Of a stretch of 64,000 nt of DNA, positions 51,600 through 59,757 are shown in pieces. Origin of the DNA: an uncultured Planctomycetales bacterium. GTDB lineage: Bacteria; Planctomycetota; Phycisphaerae; SM23-33; FEN-1343. The notes under the pieces were generated by a model. That model worked only from the letters and a program-made list of their open reading frames with translations. It made no database searches and was not told the DNA's origin. The stretch covers positions 14,527-78,526 of the forward strand of contig CAZHRW010000159.1 in NCBI GenBank assembly GCA_964535025.1. The letters run 5' to 3'. Positions within the stretch are counted from its first letter, which is position 1. The number at the start of each line of letters is the position of its first letter. Made by a program: the position numbers and the translations under genes.

Positions 51600-52529
51600 C
51601 TAGCGGCGGCGCGGCGTGTAGAACTCGCTCGGGCGCTCGCCCAGCGTGACGGTCAGGTCGCCGATCCCGTCGATGGTGGCGGTGATGACGTCGCCGGCGT
51701 TGAGGTATCGGCCGGTGCCCATGCCGACGCCCTCGGGCGTGCCGGTGGCGATGATGTCGCCGGGCGTGAGCGTCATGAGGTGCGAGAGGAACGAGACCAG
51801 CTCGTAGACGTCGAAGATCATCTGCCGCGTGTTGGCGTTCTGGCGGACCTCGCCGTTGACCGTCAGGCGGATCGACAGGTCCCGCGGATCGCCGATCGCG
51901 TCGGCGGTGACGATCGCCGGACCGGTCGGGCAGAACCCGTCGGCCCACTTGCCGGTCAGCCAGTCGTAGAACTCGTCCCACGGCCGTCTGGCACGGCCTT
52001 CGGCGAAGGTGACCGAACGGGCGGAGAGGTCATTGGCGATCGTGTAGCCGGCGATGCAGGCGGCGGCCTCGTCGGGCGAAACGTTCTTGGCCGGACGGCC
52101 GATCACGATGGCCAGCTCGGCCTCGTAGTCGATCTCCGTGCTGGTGGCTGGCCAGGCGATCGTGTCGCCGGGGTGGGCGATGCACGTGGCGGGCATCAGG
52201 AACGGTCGGGGTGTCGTGTCGCTGTGCGGGTCGTCGGTCAGGCCCTTGTCCAGGCGGCTTTCCTTGATGTGTTTGGCGTAGTTGCCCGCGATCGCGATGA
52301 TCTTCGGCGGCGACGGCACCGGCGCCAGCAGCCGCAGCTCGCCGGCCGGCACGCCGTCGGCCGACGCCGCCAACTCGCCGATTCGCTCGATCGCCGCGTC
52401 TTGCGCCTCCAGCGCCGCCAACAGCGACGCCGGCCCGTCCGGCCAGGCGGCGGGAATGTCCACGACCCGGTCGTCGACCATGACGCCGTAGGAAACGCGG
52501 CCGTTGTGTTCGAACGTCACAAGCTTCAT
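51600..52529 (-). CDS. fumarylacetoacetate hydrolase (FAH) family protein
   Basis: Start MKLVTFEHNGR. DYEAELAIVIG and metal-binding Glu/Asp pattern of the FAH/HpcE fold. Confidence 0.8.
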   Translation of the reverse strand: MKLVTFEHNGRVSYGVMVDDRVVDIPAAWPDGPASLLAALEAQDAAIERIGELAASADGVPAGELRLLAPVPSPPKIIAIAGNYAKHIKESRLDKGLTDDPHSDTTPRPFLMPATCIAHPGDTIAWPATSTEIDYEAELAIVIGRPAKNVSPDEAAACIAGYTIANDLSARSVTFAEGRARRPWDEFYDWLTGKWADGFCPTGPAIVTADAIGDPRDLSIRLTVNGEVRQNANTRQMIFDVYELVSFLSHLMTLTPGDIIATGTPEGVGMGTGRYLNAGDVITATIDGIGDLTVTLGERPSEFYTPRRR

Positions 52530-52631
52530 CGGCGGTGCTCCTTGGGGGAATGCCGGCCCTGCCCCGATGCAAGGCGGGAATAATCCAGCAGGACAGCTCG
52601 ACTGCTCTGGAAAAACGCATTGCGTTTTCAC

Positions 52632-52705
52632 TGGGCGATACTGGATTCGAACCAGTGACCTCACGGGTGTGATCCGTGCGCTCTAACCAGCTGAGCTAAT
52701 CGCCC
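52632..52705 (-). tRNA. tRNA-Val (anticodon CAC)
   Basis: Minus-strand GGGCGATTAGCTCAGCTGGTTAGAGCGCACGGATCACACCCGTGAGGTCACTGGTTCGAATCCAGTATCGCCCA. Clean 7/4/5/5 cloverleaf. Confidence 0.8.
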
Positions 52706-52798
52706 GGGTGCGAGCAACGATTTGTAGCCCCGCGACGGCGGCGTGTCAAGGCCGCCGCGGGAAAATGCCCGGCCGCGGCCGGTCCTACGGATGGTCGA

Positions 52799-53914
52799 TC
52801 AACGGCCGCCCAGCTCGCGGAGGATCGCGAGGGCTTCGACGAAGTCGGCCGGGAGGGGTGCTTCGAGCGTCATGGTCTCGCCCGTTGCGGGGTGATGGAA
52901 GGTGATCCGCCAGGCGTGGAGGGCCTGGCGGGTGATGATGGGGCCGACGGCCTGGTCGGGATGGCCTTCGAGCTGGCTGCGGTAGAGTGGGCCGCCGCCG
53001 TAGAGCCGATCGCCGACGATCGGGTGGCCCATGTGGCTGCAGTGGACGCGCAACTGGTGGGTCCGCCCGGTCTTGGGCTGCAGTTCCAGCAGCGTGAACG
53101 ACGGCGTCTCGCCCCCGCCGAGGCGCTCGCGGACGCGGTAGTGGGTGACGGCGGATTTCGACAGGGCGGCGAAGGGCCGTCCGGTCCGCCGGTCGACGGC
53201 GTACTTCTCCTTGATCCGCGGGTGCTGGCCGATCGGCAGGTCGATGATGTCCTCGTCGAGCTCGACGTGCCCGTGGACGACGGCCATGTAGGTTTTCTGC
53301 ACCCGCCGGTGCTCGAACTGGCTGCCGAGGCTCCGCAGGGCCAGCTCGCTCTTGGCCAGCAGGATGATGCCGGTCGTGTCGCGGTCGAGGCGATGGACGA
53401 TGCCGGGGCGGTAGGCTTCATCCCGCAGGGGCAGATCGCCGATGGAGGCGTTGTGCTGCTGGAAGTACCACGCCAGGGCGTTCAGCAGCGTGCCCGACCA
53501 GTTGCCCCGGGCGGGGTGGACGATCAGCCCCGGCGGCTTGTCGACGGCGATGAGGTGGTCGTCCTCGTAAACCACGCCGATCGGGATCGGCTCGGGCGGG
53601 ATCGTCTTGACCTCGGGTTCGGGCAGGAGCATGTCGATGACGTCGCCGGCCTGGACCGTGTAACTGCCCTTGACGGGACGGCCGTTGACGGTGATCCGCT
53701 CGTCCTTGATGAGCTTCTGAAGCAGCGAGCGCGACGCCACCTGCTTGCCGAGCCGTCCGGCGAGGTACTTGTCCAGCCGCCGCTGCGTCAGCGAGCGGCG
53801 GAGGGTGATGCGGCCGCGCCGGCCGCCGCTCTCGTCGACGGTTTCAACGAGCGGCTCGTGCTCATCGCTCCCCGCCTCGGCGGGGCCCTGTCGGGCTATG
53901 TCAGGTTCGGTCAT
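52799..53914 (-). CDS. RluA-family pseudouridine synthase (RluD-like, with S4 domain)
   Basis: HRLDRDTTGIILLAKS catalytic Asp motif. N-terminal S4-like LDKYLAGRLG. ATG at 53914 chosen (TTG at 53956 possible). Confidence 0.8.
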   Translation of the reverse strand: MTEPDIARQGPAEAGSDEHEPLVETVDESGGRRGRITLRRSLTQRRLDKYLAGRLGKQVASRSLLQKLIKDERITVNGRPVKGSYTVQAGDVIDMLLPEPEVKTIPPEPIPIGVVYEDDHLIAVDKPPGLIVHPARGNWSGTLLNALAWYFQQHNASIGDLPLRDEAYRPGIVHRLDRDTTGIILLAKSELALRSLGSQFEHRRVQKTYMAVVHGHVELDEDIIDLPIGQHPRIKEKYAVDRRTGRPFAALSKSAVTHYRVRERLGGGETPSFTLLELQPKTGRTHQLRVHCSHMGHPIVGDRLYGGGPLYRSQLEGHPDQAVGPIITRQALHAWRITFHHPATGETMTLEAPLPADFVEALAILRELGGR

Positions 53915-54031
53915 CGGCCCTGCCCTCGAAGGAGGGGTCGCTTCCACCCAAGACAATGGGCAGGCAGCCGACGCCCCCGCGAGGGTCCGGCTGCCTGCCC
54001 AGGGTGTCTACTGTGCCGCGATGTCCGCGGT

Positions 54032-54655
54032 TCAGACCAGTTCGCGCGCCAGGTCGGCGGCGCTGGCGGCGTCGGGGGCGTACCCGTCGGCGCCGATCTC
54101 GTCGCAGTAGCTCTGCGTGACCGGGGCGCCGCCGATGATAATCTTGATCTCCAGCCCGTCGGCCTTGACGGCCTTGGTGACCTCCGCCATCTGGGGCATC
54201 GTCGTCGTCAGCAGCGCGCTCATCGCCAGGACCTTCGCGTTGCTTTCCTTGGCCTTGGCGATGAAGGTCTCCGGCCCGACGTCCGTGCCCAAGTCCACCA
54301 CCTGGAACCCTGCGCCCTGCAACATCATGCCGACCAGGTTCTTGCCGATGTCGTGCAGGTCGCCCTTGACGGTGCCCAGCACCACGGTGCCCACCGGCTT
54401 GACGCCCGCTTTCTTCAGGTGCGGCTCGAGCAATGCCATCCCGGCCTTCATCGCCCGGGCGGCGATCAACACCTCGGGGACGTAGATCTCGTTGGCCTTG
54501 AAACGCACGCCCACCACGTTCATGCCTGCAATCAGGCCATTGTCCAGCACGTCGCCGGCCGGCACGCCCTCATCCAGGGCGGCCTGGCACTGCTCGGCCA
54601 CCGTGTCTCGATCTCCCTTGATTACGGCATCAGCAATCGCTTGCAAGTCGGCCAT
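54032..54655 (-). CDS. corrinoid (cobalamin-binding) protein, MtaC/MtbC-like
   Basis: 207 aa. Helical cap domain followed by a Rossmann B12-binding domain with GTVKGDLHDIGKNLVGMML (DxHxxG cobalt-ligand motif) and SALLTTT. Confidence 0.8.
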   Translation of the reverse strand: MADLQAIADAVIKGDRDTVAEQCQAALDEGVPAGDVLDNGLIAGMNVVGVRFKANEIYVPEVLIAARAMKAGMALLEPHLKKAGVKPVGTVVLGTVKGDLHDIGKNLVGMMLQGAGFQVVDLGTDVGPETFIAKAKESNAKVLAMSALLTTTMPQMAEVTKAVKADGLEIKIIIGGAPVTQSYCDEIGADGYAPDAASAADLARELV

Positions 54656-54815
54656 CGTTTTTGTCTCTCCATCCAGACACGCTCTTCAAATCGCCGCACG
54701 ACCGGCACCCGACGCGGCTGCCGGCGCGGCAGAGCCAACCAACGGTAGAGTCACCACCTACATACCAGAAAGCCCCCGTCGTGTAAGGCATTTTCTGGGA
54801 TTTTTCGATTTTGCG

Positions 54816-54825
54816 CCCCCCCCCC
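54816..54825. repeat. C10 homopolymer tract in the intergenic region upstream of the corrinoid-protein gene
   Basis: gcgccccccccccgagg, read directly from the sequence. Such tracts are rare in this sequence. Confidence 0.8.
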
Positions 54826-54843
54826 GAGGCCCTCCGGGGCGGC

Positions 54844-55572
54844 CTACGACGCCGGCTGCGTCGCGGCTTCGGACGGCTGCGTGGCCGCCGGCTGGGTGGC
54901 CGGTCGCCTCGCCAGCGACACGTCGTCGCCGAGCGTCTCGAGGCGCGTTCGGCGGGCGAGCGCCTCGGCGGCGATCAGCCGTGCGCCGCGATCGGCCAAG
55001 GCGGCGGCGGCGTCATACTGGGCGACAGCCTCTTCCCGGTCGCCGCGATACTCCGCTACGCGACCCAGGCCGAGCCGGGCCTTGCCCACCGCCCGAACCT
55101 GGTCGCCGTACTGGGCGATGACGGTCTCGAAGGCGGTCGCGGCTTCGGCCAGGCGGGCGGTGCGCTCGGTGTCGCTGAGGTCGTACCAGTCGTCGGCGAC
55201 CATTCGCAGGGCCAGTTCGCCGGCGTGGACGTGCGCCCAGGCGGCCACGGGGTCCTGGCCGCTCTGCTCGGCCAACTGCTGGAGGGACGCCAGGCGTTCG
55301 CGCGGGTCGGCCTGGGCCTGGAAGGCCGCCTCGTGCAGTTGAACCCGCTCGTTCTGTCTGGCCCGGGCGGCGTTCCCGATCAGCGTGATGATCAGGAAGA
55401 TCACCGCGCCGACGGCCAGGACCGACAGGACCACGGTGCCCAGGTGTTCCTTGAAAAAGACGCCGGCCTTGCTCAATTCCTTGGCCAGCTCGCTTTCTTT
55501 CAATTCGTGTCGGCGTTGAGACTTCAAAGGCTCCCCTCGCAGGGTAATCGGGTCAATAATTTCCCGACGCAC
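54844..55572 (-). CDS. membrane-anchored TPR-like protein (YfgM-like) with C-terminal ATQP repeats
   Basis: Single TM LGTVVLSVLAVGAVIFLIITLIG. Helical-repeat body. Tail PATQPAATQPSEAATQPAS. Confidence 0.5.
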   Translation of the reverse strand: MRREIIDPITLRGEPLKSQRRHELKESELAKELSKAGVFFKEHLGTVVLSVLAVGAVIFLIITLIGNAARARQNERVQLHEAAFQAQADPRERLASLQQLAEQSGQDPVAAWAHVHAGELALRMVADDWYDLSDTERTARLAEAATAFETVIAQYGDQVRAVGKARLGLGRVAEYRGDREEAVAQYDAAAALADRGARLIAAEALARRTRLETLGDDVSLARRPATQPAATQPSEAATQPAS

Positions 55573-56038
55573 GTGCCGGGACTTCCGGGACGATCAGGAC
55601 GTGGATGTCCGTACCTTTCCACCGGCGATCGGTAATCTTGATCGTGCAGCGCTCGCGGCCCCGCTGGAACTGCAGGAAAACATCGCCGCCGAGCATCTGG
55701 TCGGACATTTCGGTCCAGTCATGTTCGGGCATGTATCGCTTGTAAAACCTTCCGACGGCCCACTTATCGGCCGGGCCGACGTAATGGTGGTCCACCACGC
55801 GAATGCCGCTGGTGGCCACGGCGCGGGAGCGCTGGGAGTCCAGCTCAAACCGCTGGGGCACGGGCACATCCGTGAGCCGCCGCTCGGAGCCGGGCAGCAG
55901 CTCCGGCGCGATCCGCCGCTGCGAGCCGCTGCCGCCCGTGTCGACCGACTGGCCGTACGAACTGCAGCCGCCCGCTCCCAGGGCGCACAGGGCCGTAACC
56001 ACTGTCGCCATCGTCGCCAGGTGCATGGATCGGTTCAT
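55553..56038 (-). CDS. hypothetical lipoprotein
   Basis: MNRSMHLATMATVVTALCALGAGGCSS signal/lipobox. Start at the internal ATG of track ORF 55553..56137. Confidence 0.45.
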   Translation of the reverse strand: MNRSMHLATMATVVTALCALGAGGCSSYGQSVDTGGSGSQRRIAPELLPGSERRLTDVPVPQRFELDSQRSRAVATSGIRVVDHHYVGPADKWAVGRFYKRYMPEHDWTEMSDQMLGGDVFLQFQRGRERCTIKITDRRWKGTDIHVLIVPEVPARASGNY

Positions 56039-56205
56039 GGCGGTTCTCCCGCCCCCCGCGTGGTCGCGGCGGGCCTCGTGACTCCCGGAGATGCATTTTC
56101 GTTGTGTGATGGACGTTGTCAACAGGTTCGCGCCCATTATAGTGTGAGCGGGACCGCCGGCAAAGGTGTATCGTTGATCGCAGGGGGAGCAGACGGAGAA
56201 GGTCC

Positions 56206-56586
56206 ATGACCCGACAAGTCGTCATTCTGGTCGATCACGGCACGCCCGACGCGCCGTCGTCGCCGCCGCTGGCGCGTCTGGCGTCGATCCTGGCCGGCCG
56301 TGCGGGCGTGCGGGTGATCGCGGCCCACCTGGTCGGCGAGCCGTCGGTGACCGACGCGGCGGCGCGGGCGGCCGGCGAGGGGGCCGAACGGGTGATCGTC
56401 CTGCCTTGCCTGCTGAGCGACGGCCACCACACCCGCCGGACGTTGCCCGAACTGCTGGCCGAGGCGAGGCGGCGCCATCCGGACGTCGCGTTCGAGTTGG
56501 CCGAGCCGCTGGGGATCGACGACCGGCTCGCGGGGATCCTGCTGGATCGTCTGCGGGGCCGCCTGGCCGAACGGACCCCGGCATGA
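56206..56586 (+). CDS. CbiX/SirB-like small chelatase (sirohydrochlorin cobalto-/ferro-chelatase family)
   Basis: VVILVDHGTPD...AAHLVGEPSV...VLPCLLSDGHHT pattern of short CbiX. 126 aa. Confidence 0.6.
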   Translation: MTRQVVILVDHGTPDAPSSPPLARLASILAGRAGVRVIAAHLVGEPSVTDAAARAAGEGAERVIVLPCLLSDGHHTRRTLPELLAEARRRHPDVAFELAEPLGIDDRLAGILLDRLRGRLAERTPA

Positions 56587-57395
56587 ACGTCGAGATCGCC
56601 TGGGGTCGTCCCAACGCCCGCACGCCGATCGACCTGACGGACGTGCCCATCGCCATCGCCGACCTGCCGCCGGCCCTGGAGGGGTTCCGCCTGGCGGTCG
56701 TCAGCGACGTCCACTACGGCCGTCTCGTCGACGAGGCCTTCGTGCGACACCTGGCCGCCCTGGTCAACGGCCAGGCGCCCGACGCGATCGTCATCGCCGG
56801 CGACTTCATCGACCGCAGCCGGCGGCGGTTCGACGGCTGCGCGGACCTGCTGCGGGCCTTCCGCGCCCCGTCCGGCGTGCTGGGCGTCCTGGGCAACCAC
56901 GAGCACCGCCTTGGCGCCCGCCGGGCCCTGGAGGCGTACACCGCCGGCGGCGTCGACATGCTCGTCAACGCCCATCGCACCCTCGGCCGCGGCGGCGCGG
57001 GGCTCACCCTGGCGGGGCTGGACGACTGCATCGAGGGCCGCTGCGACCCCGTCGCGGCCCTCGACGGCGCCGACCCCGGCCGGCCGGTGATCCTCGCCTG
57101 CCACAGCCCCGACGTCGCCGAGGCCCTCGACGGCGTCGCCCGGGCCGACCTGGTGGTCGCGGGGCACACGCACGGCGGCCAGATCACGCTGTTCGGCCGG
57201 CCGCTGATGACGCAGATCCGCTATCGACGCTACACCCGCGGCCTGGCCGACGGCCCGCGGTGCCGGGTCTACACCTCCCGCGGGGCCGGCGTCACCCGCA
57301 TCCCGCTTCGCGTGGGGGCGCGGGCGGAGGTGCCGATGATCCGCCTGACGTGCGGCCAAGAGGGTTGCCAAAGCCCCGGCGGCCTTCTATCGTAA
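56583..57395 (+). CDS. metallophosphoesterase (calcineurin-like)
   Basis: VVSDVHYG, GDFIDR, GNHEH and GHTHGGQ motifs. ATGA overlap with the CbiX stop. Confidence 0.8.
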   Translation: MNVEIAWGRPNARTPIDLTDVPIAIADLPPALEGFRLAVVSDVHYGRLVDEAFVRHLAALVNGQAPDAIVIAGDFIDRSRRRFDGCADLLRAFRAPSGVLGVLGNHEHRLGARRALEAYTAGGVDMLVNAHRTLGRGGAGLTLAGLDDCIEGRCDPVAALDGADPGRPVILACHSPDVAEALDGVARADLVVAGHTHGGQITLFGRPLMTQIRYRRYTRGLADGPRCRVYTSRGAGVTRIPLRVGARAEVPMIRLTCGQEGCQSPGGLLS

Positions 57396-57401
57396 GCCGC
57401 C

Positions 57402-57764
57402 GTGGCTCCGTGGAGAACGATCGTGATCGTTGTGTTGAACCTGTTCGATATTCATCCGGGGCGCGAGCGGCAGTACGCCGAGTACCTCCGCCGCGTTCAG
57501 CCGATCCTCGACCGCGTCGGGGCGCGGGTCCTGCTGTACGGGCGCACCCGCTACGTGCACCTGGGCCCCTGCACGCAGGAATACTGCGGCCTGATCGCCT
57601 ACGACTCCGTCGACGCCCTCCGCCGTCTCAGCCACGACGAGGCGTTCAACACCATCCGCCCCCTGCGCGACGAAAGCACCTGCAATTACGTGCTCACCAC
57701 CGTCGAGGCGTTCGACTCCATGGCCGCCGCGGCCCGCGAGCTCGAGACGGCGCCCGAGCGGTAG
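57402..57764 (+). CDS. DUF1330 family protein
   Basis: ...QYAEYLRRVQPILDRVGARVLLYG... matches the DUF1330 pattern. GTG start. Confidence 0.45.
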   Translation: MAPWRTIVIVVLNLFDIHPGRERQYAEYLRRVQPILDRVGARVLLYGRTRYVHLGPCTQEYCGLIAYDSVDALRRLSHDEAFNTIRPLRDESTCNYVLTTVEAFDSMAAAARELETAPER

Positions 57765-57772
57765 GGCGTTGT

Positions 57773-58189
57773 TCAGGCGAGATCCCGCCCCGTGGACCCC
57801 GTGGCCAGCCGAGCGTGGAGGACGCCCTTTTCGCGGTGGAGGTGGTCGGCGAGGGCCTGGATGTCGCGTCCGCGTCCGCGGACCATGATCATCTCGGCGC
57901 AGAGGTGCTCGTCGAGATGGATGTGCGTGGTGGCCAGGACCTTCCCGCGGAAATGGTGCTGCTCGTCGGTAAGCCGTTCGCTCAGGCCGGGGCTGTGGTG
58001 GTCGTACAGCAGGGAGATCGTGCCGAGGCTCTCGGCGTTCGAGCGCCACCGGGCCTCGACGATGTGATTGCGGATCAGGTCGCGGATGAACTCCGAGCGG
58101 TTGCTGTAGTCGCTGTCGGCCACCTGGGCCTCCAACTGCTCGAACAGCGACCGCTCGATCGACACGCTGAAGCGAACGAGATCGGACAC
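57773..58189 (-). CDS. nikR: nickel-responsive regulator NikR (ribbon-helix-helix plus metal-binding C-domain)
   Basis: LVRFSVSIERSLFEQLEA = RHH beta-strand. C-domain YDHH...HLDEHLC = NikR His/Cys high-affinity Ni site. Confidence 0.7.
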   Translation of the reverse strand: MSDLVRFSVSIERSLFEQLEAQVADSDYSNRSEFIRDLIRNHIVEARWRSNAESLGTISLLYDHHSPGLSERLTDEQHHFRGKVLATTHIHLDEHLCAEMIMVRGRGRDIQALADHLHREKGVLHARLATGSTGRDLA

Positions 58190-58381
58190 GGGCGACTCCT
58201 TGTGCTGTGGGGCTTATCCTACCAGGGCGGGCGGCGTGTGCAAGCGTCCGCGGCCGGGCAGGGGGCTGTCAGGGGCTGACGACCCGCCTAAAGGGTTGTG
58301 TCGCGCGAGTTATGCCTGTATCCTAGCGGGTCACTGTAGATAGCGAGCCGGTGTCCCCACGGGGTCGTCGGTCCCGGGTCC

Positions 58382-59740
58382 TTGAGCGAAGAAAGGCGGA
58401 TGGCGATGATCGGCTGCAGTCTGGGACGAAACGTGCAGGTGACGGTGGCGGGGGGCTCCTACCAGGACGGCCTGCTGGCGGTGATCCAGGGCGTCCCGCC
58501 GGGGATGGTGCTGACCGAGCAGGAGATCTACGGCGACATGCTCCTGCGGAACCCCGGTGCCGACGAGCTGTCGAGCCCGCGGAAGGAGCCGGACCTGCCG
58601 GTGATCTACTGCGGGATCAACGCCGCCGACACCGTCGAGAACGCCGGCAACGCGCGGCATACCAACGGGACGCCGCTGGGGATCCTCATCCCCAATCTCG
58701 ACCGGCACTTCATCCACATCAAGCAGTACCAGGACACCAACCGCACCCCGCGGCCGGGCCATGCGTCCTACGCGACGTTCCAGAAGTACGGGCCCAACGA
58801 CGACGCCATCGGCGCCGGCATCTTCTCCGGCCGCTACACCAGCACGATCGTCGCCGCCGGCTATGTTGCCAAGCGCGTGCTCGAACGGTGCGGGATCCGC
58901 GTCTGCTCGTTTATCCGCGAGATGGCCGGCGTCCGCTGCGACGACGTCGCCGACGAGGCGCTGTTCAGCACCACCGACGCCTACAAGCGGATGCGCCACG
59001 ATTATGACCCGTTCTACCAGGCGGTTTACGTCAACGGCCGCGTCACGCCCGAGATGCGGTTCCTGGAGAAGATGGCCGTCTTCGCCGCCATCGAAGGCGA
59101 GATCGACGCCATCCGCCAGACGGCCAGGCCGGTCGAGGCCGACGCCGTCCGGGCCGAGTACGGCGTGCACCACGTGATCAACTGCCCGGACCCGGACGCG
59201 GCGGCGGCGATGCTCGAGGCCGCCAACAGGATTACGGTGACGGGCGATTCGTCCGGCGGCGTCGTCGAGGTCGTCGCGACGGGCGTCCCGGCCGGGCTGG
59301 GCGAGCCGGTCTTCAACAAGCTCGACGCCGAGCTCGGTCGGATGCTCGGCATCGGCGCCGTCAAGGGCGTCGAGGTCGGCGCGGGCTTCGCCGTCAAGGA
59401 TATGACCGGCTACGAGTGCAACGACCAGATGCGGGCCGTCGACGGCGAGGTCGTCTTCGATTCCAACAACGCCGGGGGCATCACCGGCGGCGTGTCGACG
59501 GGCCAGACGATCGTCGCCCGCCTGGCCGTCAAGCCCACGCCGACCATCGACCGGCCCCAGCACACCATCGACAAGTACACCCACGCCAACACCGAGCTGG
59601 CCGCGATCACCCGTCGCGATCCCACCATCGTCGGGCGGATCTGGCCCGTCGCGGAGAACTACACCGCCCTGGTCCTCCTGGACCACCTGATGGCCCACTA
59701 CGGCTACCAGGCGCTTAAGGAGAAGGCGGGACAGAAGTAA
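58382..59740 (+). CDS. aroC: chorismate synthase (longer than typical; true start may be the downstream MAMIG)
   Basis: SSPRKEPDLPVIYCGI, HTNGTPLGILIPN, GGITGGVSTGQ are AroC motifs. Confidence 0.72.
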   Translation: MSEERRMAMIGCSLGRNVQVTVAGGSYQDGLLAVIQGVPPGMVLTEQEIYGDMLLRNPGADELSSPRKEPDLPVIYCGINAADTVENAGNARHTNGTPLGILIPNLDRHFIHIKQYQDTNRTPRPGHASYATFQKYGPNDDAIGAGIFSGRYTSTIVAAGYVAKRVLERCGIRVCSFIREMAGVRCDDVADEALFSTTDAYKRMRHDYDPFYQAVYVNGRVTPEMRFLEKMAVFAAIEGEIDAIRQTARPVEADAVRAEYGVHHVINCPDPDAAAAMLEAANRITVTGDSSGGVVEVVATGVPAGLGEPVFNKLDAELGRMLGIGAVKGVEVGAGFAVKDMTGYECNDQMRAVDGEVVFDSNNAGGITGGVSTGQTIVARLAVKPTPTIDRPQHTIDKYTHANTELAAITRRDPTIVGRIWPVAENYTALVLLDHLMAHYGYQALKEKAGQK

Positions 59741-59757
59741 CGGCGACGGTCGAGGAT

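Noticed and set aside
54656-54843. Possible cobalamin riboswitch upstream of the corrinoid-protein gene
   Set aside because: Scanned the minus-strand leader for the B12 box (GCCACTG) and the GGTG...AANTCC core and did not find them. An Rfam scan would settle it.
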